A DNA stretch of 64,000 nt, from the IMG/VR virus record IMGVR_UViG_3300027749_005140, positions 64,001-128,000 of that record, one strand, 5' to 3'. The position numbers were made by a program, and so were the translations under genes. This DNA comes from a virus (Duplodnaviria; Heunggongvirae; Uroviricota; Caudoviricetes). Of the stretch, positions 26,813 through 35,565 are shown piece after piece (position 1 is the stretch's first letter; each line of letters begins with the position of its first letter). The notes beneath the pieces are model-generated. The model had not been told where the DNA came from. It worked only from the letters and a program-made list of their open reading frames with translations, and did not search any database.

Positions 26813-27628
26813 ATGAAAATAGCTTTATTACTAACTGGGCAACTTAGAACATTTGATCATGAACTTGTAAAAAAAAGTTGGAAAAAATTTATGGATGAAT
26901 ACGATGTAGAAATATTTGGTTGTTTCTGGTCTAATAGAGGCCAAAGTATTTTTTCAACTGAACAAAAATTAAATGATAATATAGATATTAATGAAAAAAT
27001 TGAAATAGATTATGTAAAAAGTATTCTTAATACAAATAATATAACTTTATTTGATTATGATGAATGGTTACAAAGAGATGAAGTTATTTCTTGGAAAAAT
27101 AAATATGATTTTGATACAAAATATTTTAACCCTTTATTTGCAAATTCTTTTCTTAGAGAAGAGTCGTATAAACTATTAGAATTAAGTAATAAACAATATA
27201 ATTCAGTTATTTCATCTCGACCAGATATTATTTTAACAAGAAAACCACCTGAATACCTATTTGAAGGTACAAATACTATTTGGCACCAAAGGTATCATTT
27301 TAAAGATATTATTTATAGTACTTTTTTTTCATCAAATCAAACAACTATGGAGAAAATTTGTAAATTTTATAGTAGTAATTTGATTGATGAATCAATTAAA
27401 TCACCTCATAATAGATATAACAATATATTAGAGCATTGTGGAGTAATGTATTCATACATAAAACTTTTGAATTTGGATGATAAATCTTATATAGGTACTC
27501 TTTTTGCAGAACCTTTTAGGACTACAGAGACCTTGAATATTGAAAATATAAGAGAGAGTATCAGACTAAATCAAAATAATCTAGGTATGGATTTTGATAA
27601 AAACTGGTTTCCACTTTTTGAAAATTAA
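26813..27628 (+). CDS. Glycan-locus protein, paralog 1 of the MK(I/V)A-x3-(S/T)G-x2-R...R(P/L)D family
   Basis: MKIALLLTGQLRTF, VISSRPD. Confidence 0.5.
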   Translation: MKIALLLTGQLRTFDHELVKKSWKKFMDEYDVEIFGCFWSNRGQSIFSTEQKLNDNIDINEKIEIDYVKSILNTNNITLFDYDEWLQRDEVISWKNKYDFDTKYFNPLFANSFLREESYKLLELSNKQYNSVISSRPDIILTRKPPEYLFEGTNTIWHQRYHFKDIIYSTFFSSNQTTMEKICKFYSSNLIDESIKSPHNRYNNILEHCGVMYSYIKLLNLDDKSYIGTLFAEPFRTTETLNIENIRESIRLNQNNLGMDFDKNWFPLFEN

Positions 27629-27643
27629 AAAAATAAAAATTAT

Positions 27644-28585
27644 ATGAAAATCGCTTTACATGATAACTCTCTGTCAATAAGAGGAACTACAGTTGCACTT
27701 TATGATTATGCAGAATATTTAACAAATAAATTCGGATACGAATGTATCATCTTGTATAACAAAGCCAGTAATAATAATGACTCTGATGTAATAAATAACA
27801 AATTCTCTAAATTTAAAGTTATTGGTTATCAGAATATTTCCGAAATAGATGGATATTTAATAGAAAATAAATGTGATTACTTTTTTGTTATTAAAAGTGG
27901 TCAGTTTGATGGAGTAATAAGTAATGTTTGTAAAAATATTATAATGGCAGTCTCTGCTAACATTAATAGGAATGATATTCACGGTGATAAATATTATGTT
28001 TGTTCTCCTTGGTTAAGTAAAATTACTGGTATTGACTATGTTCCACATATGATTAATCTACCAGATGTAGATTCTAATTTAAGAAATGAATTAGGAATAC
28101 CTTCAGATGCAATAGTTTTCGGAAGAAATGGTGGATATGAGACCTTTGACCTAATTTTTGTTAAAGATGTAATAAGAGATATACTATCAATTAAGGAAAA
28201 TTATTACTTTATTTTTCAAAATACCGAAAAATTTATTGAACATCCAAGAGTAATTTGGCTAAGTCCAAATCCTGACTTAGAATATAAGGTAAAGTTTATC
28301 AACACATGTGATGCTCATTTACACTCTCGATATGTAGGTGAGTCTTTTGGACTTACTTGTGGTGAATTCTCCATAAAAAATAAGCCAGTTATAACATGGG
28401 CCGGATCTTCCGAGAGAAATCATATTGATATATTAGGAGAAAAGGCATTATTATATAATAACTATGATGACTTAATGAGTCTATTATTGAAATTTCCTAT
28501 TATAGAGAAGAATAACTGGAATTGCTATGCTAATTTTTTACCAGACTTGGTAATTGATAGATTTAAAAAAATGTACTTAGAATAA
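27644..28585 (+). CDS. GT4-like (GT-B) glycosyltransferase
   Basis: RGTTVALYDYA; DAHLHSRYVGESFGLTCGEFS-x2-NKPVIT. Confidence 0.7.
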   Translation: MKIALHDNSLSIRGTTVALYDYAEYLTNKFGYECIILYNKASNNNDSDVINNKFSKFKVIGYQNISEIDGYLIENKCDYFFVIKSGQFDGVISNVCKNIIMAVSANINRNDIHGDKYYVCSPWLSKITGIDYVPHMINLPDVDSNLRNELGIPSDAIVFGRNGGYETFDLIFVKDVIRDILSIKENYYFIFQNTEKFIEHPRVIWLSPNPDLEYKVKFINTCDAHLHSRYVGESFGLTCGEFSIKNKPVITWAGSSERNHIDILGEKALLYNNYDDLMSLLLKFPIIEKNNWNCYANFLPDLVIDRFKKMYLE

Positions 28586-29388
28586 TGAATTATGATGACC
28601 TAAACTGTACAGTAGTGACTGCACTTTATAATATAAACAGAGAAAATTGGCCAGACTATAAAAGACCTTGGCAAGAATATTTAAACTATTTCAAAAATAC
28701 TTTATCACTTAGATGTAAGTTTGTTATTTATGTAGAACCAGATTTAGTTGATTTTGTAACTGAAGTAAGAAAGGAAGTTGATCAAGACTTGAAATACACA
28801 AAAATAGTTCAAATGGAATTTAATCAATTACCTAAGTTTTATCTTAAAGACAGAATAGATAATGTAATGTCTTCTACCGAATATAGAAACACATTAGTTG
28901 ACCCAAACCCACCAGAGTATAATAATAGTAATTATTCAGTTTTAATACTTTCTAAAATGTTTTTAGTTGAGGATGCAATTGATAAAAACTTTTATAATAC
29001 TGATTACTATATGTGGTTAGATGGTGGTATCAGACATACTAGTTTTAGAACAGAAGATAAGTTTAAATTCTATCCCAATCCACTAAAAATTAATGATATT
29101 AGTGGAATAAGAATTTTATGTAGATTTAGACCAGAGGAATCTGATTTAGACATAAAACACTTCTATAAATCTCACAAAAATAGATTTGGTGCTGGTGTTA
29201 TAGTTGGTAAAAAAGAGCATATAAAAGAATTTAACATTAAAATAAATGATATATTAGAAGAAGCTCTACTAAATAATTTAATTGATAGTGAACAATCACT
29301 TCATACTGTTTGTTATTTAAGAAACAAAGAGATGTTTGATCTAATATATAATCAAGATTGGTTCTATCATTTTGATTATTACCTATAA
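28585..29388 (+). CDS. HtrL/YibB (WlaTC)-like protein
   Basis: TVVTALYNI, SKMFLV-x2-AI-x2-N, YYMWLDGGI, DSEQ. Confidence 0.7.
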   Translation: MNYDDLNCTVVTALYNINRENWPDYKRPWQEYLNYFKNTLSLRCKFVIYVEPDLVDFVTEVRKEVDQDLKYTKIVQMEFNQLPKFYLKDRIDNVMSSTEYRNTLVDPNPPEYNNSNYSVLILSKMFLVEDAIDKNFYNTDYYMWLDGGIRHTSFRTEDKFKFYPNPLKINDISGIRILCRFRPEESDLDIKHFYKSHKNRFGAGVIVGKKEHIKEFNIKINDILEEALLNNLIDSEQSLHTVCYLRNKEMFDLIYNQDWFYHFDYYL

Positions 29389-29404
29389 AAAATAAATATA
29401 ACCT

Positions 29405-30079
29405 ATGAAAGTTGCTATTTGTATATCTGGTCATGTTAGATCACTTGATAAATGTATTCAAAACATAAGAGAAAATATATTCTACCCGATAAAAAGTGAA
29501 TTCGATACTGATATATTTCTATCAACATGGTCTACTGATAAAGACTTATCTTTTTTAAATGAAGATAGTGTTACTATTGAAGTTGAACCTACAATAGACT
29601 TTAGAATGAATTCAAAAAATTATCTAAAATATCCAAACCTATGTTGTCAAACAACTTGTGATAATGCTACATCTATGTGGTATAAAGTTAAAAAATCTTT
29701 TGATATGACAAATGATGAACATCAGATAATAGTTAGAATTAGACCTGATGTTATCTATGATACTAAAATAGATTTAAGTCAAATAATTGATTCTTATTCT
29801 AATGATAATATCTACATGTCAGAATCACCAGGCCGATACTTAGAAGTAACTAAGGGTATGTTAGATCCATTCATATTTGGTAATAGAAAGGTTATGTCAA
29901 ACCTAATGAATACTTATAACAATATTGAAGAATATGTTAAAGATGATAATATAGTACATTGTATTGAAGGATTTTTATACGAGAATACAAAAAATAATAA
30001 ATTAGAAAGAATTGATTTCAAATACTCTATTCTTAGAGAGAATGGAAATATAGATAAGTGTTATATTGAGAATAAATAA
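29405..30079 (+). CDS. Glycan-locus protein, paralog 2
   Basis: MKVAICISGHVRS, IVRIRPD. Confidence 0.5.
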   Translation: MKVAICISGHVRSLDKCIQNIRENIFYPIKSEFDTDIFLSTWSTDKDLSFLNEDSVTIEVEPTIDFRMNSKNYLKYPNLCCQTTCDNATSMWYKVKKSFDMTNDEHQIIVRIRPDVIYDTKIDLSQIIDSYSNDNIYMSESPGRYLEVTKGMLDPFIFGNRKVMSNLMNTYNNIEEYVKDDNIVHCIEGFLYENTKNNKLERIDFKYSILRENGNIDKCYIENK

Positions 30080-30089
30080 AAAAATAATT

Positions 30090-31190
30090 ATGGCTAGAAG
30101 CAAATGTGTTCTTTGTGAAGATAAAATAGAAAAAATTCACACAATAAATAATATACCATCATTTATGGGTGTTGTTGAATCAAATACCAATATAGTAAAG
30201 AATGATATGGTAATTGGAGAATGTTTAAATTGTGGACTATTACAAAATATCAATCTATTAGATCCAGACTTGATTTACTTAAACAACCATAATACACAAG
30301 TTGTTGGTGATATATGGAAAAACCATTATGTAGAATTATCAGATTTTATAAAAGAAAATTCAAATGGTAATGTAATTTTTGAAATTGGTGATCCGTCAGC
30401 AAAACTAGCCAAAAAACTAAAGGATAATTATAAAAAATGGATTATTATAGAACCAAATACTGATACCAAAAGTTTTGACAATGTTGAGATAATTAAGGGT
30501 TTCTTCCAAGGAATAAATCCTACAAATTATATTGTATCAACAATTGTTCACTCTCATGTTCTTGAACACATGTATGAGCCGGTAGAATTTCTAAAAGAGT
30601 GTAATAATATCTTACAAGATGGTGGAGTTACTATATTTTCAATACCTAATATAAAGTGGTTGATGAATAATAAAGCTCTACCGACAGGTATATTACATTT
30701 TGAACACACATATTATATCAATGAAGACAATATTGAATATTTTTTAAATAAATCCGGCTTTGAATTAAATGAAATAAAATATTATAAAAATCATTCCTTA
30801 TTCATCAAAGCAACAAAAAAAGAATTATCTAATATAAATATTACTAAATCTAATAATAAAGATGTTTTTTTAGACTTGGTTCATTATTATGATGATAAAA
30901 TTAAAAATATAAATAATAAATTGTTAAAAAAAGAATATTATTTATATTCTGCTCACATAAACTCACAGTATATGATAAATAATGGAATTAGTAATAATAT
31001 AAAGGCTTTACTAGATAAATCAGAATCTAAAATAGGTAAAAAGTTGTATGGATATGACTATGATATATTATCACCAGATTCAATTAGTAATGATGAGTCA
31101 CCAATTGTATTGGCATCACATATGGGTGTATATTATGAAGAAATAAAAAATAATCTTTTAGAGATAAATAAAAATGTGATTGTATTATGA
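30090..31190 (+). CDS. Class I SAM-dependent methyltransferase, NDP-sugar C-methyltransferase-like
   Basis: N-terminal CVLC...CLNCGLLQ Zn site, IFEIG, HSHVLEHMYEP, HFEHTYY. Confidence 0.7.
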   Translation: MARSKCVLCEDKIEKIHTINNIPSFMGVVESNTNIVKNDMVIGECLNCGLLQNINLLDPDLIYLNNHNTQVVGDIWKNHYVELSDFIKENSNGNVIFEIGDPSAKLAKKLKDNYKKWIIIEPNTDTKSFDNVEIIKGFFQGINPTNYIVSTIVHSHVLEHMYEPVEFLKECNNILQDGGVTIFSIPNIKWLMNNKALPTGILHFEHTYYINEDNIEYFLNKSGFELNEIKYYKNHSLFIKATKKELSNINITKSNNKDVFLDLVHYYDDKIKNINNKLLKKEYYLYSAHINSQYMINNGISNNIKALLDKSESKIGKKLYGYDYDILSPDSISNDESPIVLASHMGVYYEEIKNNLLEINKNVIVL

Positions 31191-31930
31191 GAGTAGCAGT
31201 TTGTTTATCAGGTCAATTGAGAAATTATAAAGAAACATTCCCATATTTTAAAAGTTTTATAATTGATGATCTATCACCAGATATATTTATTTATACAGAT
31301 AAGTATGATGTTGAAATAGAAAGATTATATAAACCAAAACATTTTGAATTTAACACTAATATTATAAATAATAACCTAGGCTATAAAAATACACATACGT
31401 CTACAAATGATATTAGCCTTTTAAATCAATTTTATAAAATTTCAGAGTGTAATAAATTAAAGTGTAAATATGAGGATGAAAATAAATTTAAGTATGATTT
31501 GGTAATTAGATGTAGACTTGATTCCTTCTTTATAAGAAAATTTAAAAAAGAAGAGCTTGAATTAAAAGATAATCAAGTTATGACACCTTGGGGTTGGGAT
31601 TTTAAATCTGTTTCAGAACATGCAGAGACTGATATTTTTGCATTAGGTAAATCAGAAGCAATGGATAAATACTCGTCAGTATTCGATAACTTAGATAAGT
31701 ATAAAAATGATATTATATTTCATCCAGAATCACTTATAGGTTATAATCTTTTTAGAGAAAATGTAGAAGTTAAAACATATGAGATTAACTTTCAATTTCA
31801 TTATCCTGAAATAGATGAGTTTGGTAATAATATTGATGTTAGTCAAAGAATACAAGAATTAAAAAACAATGGAGTTGAATATAGTCAAAATTTTTGGATG
31901 AATAAGATACTATATTATCCAATAAAATAA
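31187..31930 (+). CDS. Glycan-locus protein, paralog 3
   Basis: MRVAVCLSGQLRN, VIRCRLD, D-x-FALG, HPE. Confidence 0.5.
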   Translation: MRVAVCLSGQLRNYKETFPYFKSFIIDDLSPDIFIYTDKYDVEIERLYKPKHFEFNTNIINNNLGYKNTHTSTNDISLLNQFYKISECNKLKCKYEDENKFKYDLVIRCRLDSFFIRKFKKEELELKDNQVMTPWGWDFKSVSEHAETDIFALGKSEAMDKYSSVFDNLDKYKNDIIFHPESLIGYNLFRENVEVKTYEINFQFHYPEIDEFGNNIDVSQRIQELKNNGVEYSQNFWMNKILYYPIK

Positions 31931-31939
31931 GTAAATAAT

Positions 31940-32605
31940 ATGAAAATTGCAGTTTTGTTAACAGGGAATATAAGAACATGGTCAGAGAGTAACTTATTTG
32001 ATTTTATTGATGTTGATGTTGACTATTTTATATCTACAACAAATAAAAAATATAATTATCATCCTTTTATTTCAAATAAATTTGGATATAATCATATAAA
32101 TGATTTAATAATATCTAACGATGATATAAAAAACATCTTCAACAATATAGACTATAAAGAACTAATTATAAATGATGATGATGAAATAAACGATGATGAT
32201 TTCTCGGTAAATATGAGAAACATTGATAGTTGTTATCATCAATTTAATAGAATAAAAAAAATTTTATACTATATTGAAGAACATGAGAAAGATTATGGAA
32301 AGTATGACCTAATTATTAAGACCAGATTAGATTTAAAATACTATGGAAAGTTAAGTCAATATTTAAACGTTGATAATTATATTTATACTTCTTTTGGTGA
32401 TGGTGATCCAAATGATACAATATTAATTTCAAAAAGAGATGATTTTTTTAATATTATCAATAATATTATGCTAGAATTTTATAATCAAGCTGATCAAAAT
32501 AGTCATTTGAATCCACCACATGGCCTATTACAATCAATGTTAAATAGATTTCAACTTCAAAATAGACCTAATAATATTGCAGAAATTATAAGACTTAAAT
32601 TATAA
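31940..32605 (+). CDS. Glycan-locus protein, paralog 4
   Basis: MKIAVLLTGNIRT, IIKTRLD. Confidence 0.5.
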   Translation: MKIAVLLTGNIRTWSESNLFDFIDVDVDYFISTTNKKYNYHPFISNKFGYNHINDLIISNDDIKNIFNNIDYKELIINDDDEINDDDFSVNMRNIDSCYHQFNRIKKILYYIEEHEKDYGKYDLIIKTRLDLKYYGKLSQYLNVDNYIYTSFGDGDPNDTILISKRDDFFNIINNIMLEFYNQADQNSHLNPPHGLLQSMLNRFQLQNRPNNIAEIIRLKL

Positions 32606-32630
32606 TAAAAAGATAAAAAAATAATAGATT

Positions 32631-32951
32631 ATGAAGTTACACAAATTAGATAATATGTTTAAAGGTTGGTTTATAGGTGACTTTGAGCCAAGTTTATTTA
32701 ATGCAGACTTTGAAGTTGGTGTTAAAGAGTATAAATCCGGTGATAAAGAACAAAAACATTATCATAAACTGGCTAAAGAATTTACTGTGATAATATCGGG
32801 TAAGGTCAAGATGAATGATATTGAATATATAAAAGGAGATATAATACAAATTGACGAAAATGAATCTACGGATTTTGAGTGTATTGAAGATACAATAACT
32901 GTTGTTGTTAAAACAAAAAGTATAAAAAACGATAAATATATAAATGATTAA
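32631..32951 (+). CDS. Cupin-fold protein
   Basis: GWFIGDF, HYHK-x3-E-x-TVIISG. Confidence 0.7.
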   Translation: MKLHKLDNMFKGWFIGDFEPSLFNADFEVGVKEYKSGDKEQKHYHKLAKEFTVIISGKVKMNDIEYIKGDIIQIDENESTDFECIEDTITVVVKTKSIKNDKYIND

Positions 32952-34302
32952 ATTAGTAATATTTGACCTAGATGGGGTTTTAATAGACACAAGAGAAATA
33001 CACTATGAAGTTTTGAATAAATCCTTACTTAGTATTGATGAGAAATACACTATATCACATAAAGACCACTTGTCTAAGTTTGATGGATTATCAACAAATA
33101 GAAAATTAGAAATACTTTCTAATGAAAGAGGTTTACCTAAAGAGTTGCATAAAGTAATTTGGGAAAAGAAACAAGAATTAACTATAATAGAGTTAGAAGA
33201 TAAAATTAAAAGATCTGATAAATTGATTAATATAATTAATATATTAAAGTCAAAAGATATTAAGGTTTATGTTGCATCTAACTCTATTAAAAAAACCATA
33301 GAAATATCACTTGATAAATTAGGAATATCAGATTTAATAGACGGATTCTTATCCAATGAAGATGTTCTAAGTCCTAAACCACATCCTGAAATTTATATGA
33401 GATGTATGATAAATGAAAAGGTTATGCCAAGTGAAACTTTAATTTTAGAAGACTCATATATTGGCAGATTATCCGCAATCTCATCTGGTGCAAATATTTG
33501 CTCAGTGAATAACCCAGATGATGTCACAATTGAAAAAATAGAGAAGTCATTAAAGAATGAATTAAGAGATATTAAGTGGCATGATGATAAGATGAATATT
33601 CTAATTCCAATGGCTGGGGCGGGTAGTAGATTTTCAAGTGCAGGATACACTTTTCCAAAACCTTTAATTGAAGTTGATGGAATACCAATGATTCAAGTAG
33701 TGATTGATAATTTAAACATAGATGCGAATTTCATATATATTGTTAGAAAAGAACATTATGATAAATTTAACTTAAAATCATTTCTAAATGTAATAACACC
33801 GAATTGTAAAATTATAATGGTTGATGAAGTAACTGAAGGTGCTTGTTGTACTACTTTACTTGCAGAAGAATATATCAATAATAATAACTCACTACTAATT
33901 GCAAACTCAGATCAATTTATAGAATGGGTATCTGGTGAATATTATCACTCTATAAATACAAATGGTATTGATGGTAGTATTTTAACATTTGAAAATACAC
34001 ACCCTAAATGGAGTTATGTTAAGTGTGATGACTATGGTAATGTTGTTGAACTAAAAGAAAAGGAAGTAATAAGTAATAATGCAACAGTTGGAATTTATTA
34101 CTGGAAATCCGGTGCAGAATATGTAAAGTATTCTAAACAGATGATAAGTAAAAATATAAGAGTAAATAATGAATTCTATGTTGCACCAGTATATAATGAA
34201 GCAATTCAAGATGGTAAGATAATTAAAACACATAGAATAAAAAAGATGTGGGGGTTAGGTACACCAGAAGACTTAGAATACTACTTAAAAAACTATAAAT
34301 AA
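32944..34302 (+). CDS. HAD phosphatase fused to a nucleotidyltransferase (NTP_transferase)
   Basis: FDLDGVL, ASNS, KPHPE, LEDS; then IPMAGAGSRF...PKPLI, ANSDQ, EK-x-VIS, GIYYW, GLGTPEDL. Confidence 0.85.
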   Translation: MIKLVIFDLDGVLIDTREIHYEVLNKSLLSIDEKYTISHKDHLSKFDGLSTNRKLEILSNERGLPKELHKVIWEKKQELTIIELEDKIKRSDKLINIINILKSKDIKVYVASNSIKKTIEISLDKLGISDLIDGFLSNEDVLSPKPHPEIYMRCMINEKVMPSETLILEDSYIGRLSAISSGANICSVNNPDDVTIEKIEKSLKNELRDIKWHDDKMNILIPMAGAGSRFSSAGYTFPKPLIEVDGIPMIQVVIDNLNIDANFIYIVRKEHYDKFNLKSFLNVITPNCKIIMVDEVTEGACCTTLLAEEYINNNNSLLIANSDQFIEWVSGEYYHSINTNGIDGSILTFENTHPKWSYVKCDDYGNVVELKEKEVISNNATVGIYYWKSGAEYVKYSKQMISKNIRVNNEFYVAPVYNEAIQDGKIIKTHRIKKMWGLGTPEDLEYYLKNYK

Positions 34303-34303
34303 A

Positions 34304-34756
34304 ATGATTTATATAGCACATAGAGGAAATACCAATGGTAAGTTTGAATCTTATGAGAATGAACCAAATTATATTGATATGGCAATTAAAAAAGGATTTG
34401 ATGTAGAGATTGATATTTGGTGTATTGATAATCTAATATATCTTGGTCATGATAAACCACAATATGGTATAGACTTTGGATGGTTACGTGATAGAATAAC
34501 AAAATTGTGGATACATTGTAAAAATTTAGAAGCAATGATTCTATTAAAGAATTGTGGATATGATACTAATTATTTTTGGCATCAAGAAGATGACTTCACT
34601 ATTACTTCAATGGGTTATTTCTGGACATATCCTGGTAAAGAATTAAGTAGTAACTCGATTGCAGTGATGCCAGAGACTAAAGAATTTAAAGACATTGAAA
34701 AGGCATACGCAATATGTTCTGATTATGTAGAAAAAATAAAATTAGATAGTGAATAA
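34304..34756 (+). CDS. Glycerophosphodiester-phosphodiesterase-like mini TIM-barrel protein
   Basis: IAHRGN, EN, DVEIDIW, LGHD, WIHCKN, ICSDY. Confidence 0.7.
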   Translation: MIYIAHRGNTNGKFESYENEPNYIDMAIKKGFDVEIDIWCIDNLIYLGHDKPQYGIDFGWLRDRITKLWIHCKNLEAMILLKNCGYDTNYFWHQEDDFTITSMGYFWTYPGKELSSNSIAVMPETKEFKDIEKAYAICSDYVEKIKLDSE

Positions 34757-34796
34757 AAAAACAGGTGCAGGTGGTGAAATTTATGGGGATAACTAT

Positions 34797-34958
34797 ATGA
34801 ATCAACCTCTAGGAAAATCATATGGTATTGATATAGAAGCTAAAATGACACAAATGTTGGCTGACGAACTAACAAAATCAATTGATGCAGACATCATGAA
34901 AGAACTATTCAGTAAGAGAAATAAAAGAAAAATTAAGATTGAAAATCTTTTTAAATAA
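34797..34958 (+). CDS. Small protein carrying a gp23 major-capsid-like segment plus the C-terminal tag
   Basis: YGIDIEAKMTQMLADELTKSIDADIM; ends RKIKIENLFK; ATG start at 34797. Confidence 0.55.
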   Translation: MNQPLGKSYGIDIEAKMTQMLADELTKSIDADIMKELFSKRNKRKIKIENLFK

Positions 34959-35550
34959 TCTGAATAATCTGAGGTACATCACCAAGTTCAAGTACCTTAC
35001 TTTGATTAAGTAAGAACTCAATATCATAAAAGTTAAAGTGAAAAGTAATTGTAAATTCTTTCGCATTAACTTTTTGTTGTGAGTAGTTGAAAGTATTTTC
35101 GGATAAAGATTTAAGTATTATTTCATAAAAACGAATGATATAAATCGCATCCCTATGTATATCAACACAAGTAATTGTAAATGGTTCTAAGAAAGCATTA
35201 TCTACATCTAAATAGTGTTTACTCATAATATCAAACATCAACCAGTAATTTAAGTCGGAATCAACAGATCTAAATGTAACAGTTAAATCATGTGTAGTTG
35301 GTATATCTTGAATATTTTTTGCCGGTTTTAAGAATCTTTCTTTACCTCTAACCTCAATACGTTTAACCAACTCAAATGATATTCCTGGGAAATTTACACC
35401 TTTAATAGTAGAGTTCAAATAATCAATAACATTTTCATATTGAACCCAATTCTTCTCAAGAACTGGTGTATAAGTATCTATAATCTCAGCCTTTAAAAAA
35501 GATTGTGGTAAATTAAATATAAACTGACTAGCTTGACTGGATAATCTCAT
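34951..35550 (-). CDS. Tail-tube-fold protein (T4 gp3/gp19/gp54-like)
   Basis: IKGVNFPGISF, LTVTFRSVDSDLNYWLMFD, EFTITFHFNFYDI. Confidence 0.6.
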   Translation of the reverse strand: MRLSSQASQFIFNLPQSFLKAEIIDTYTPVLEKNWVQYENVIDYLNSTIKGVNFPGISFELVKRIEVRGKERFLKPAKNIQDIPTTHDLTVTFRSVDSDLNYWLMFDIMSKHYLDVDNAFLEPFTITCVDIHRDAIYIIRFYEIILKSLSENTFNYSQQKVNAKEFTITFHFNFYDIEFLLNQSKVLELGDVPQIIQII

Positions 35551-35565
35551 CTGTTACTATTATTT

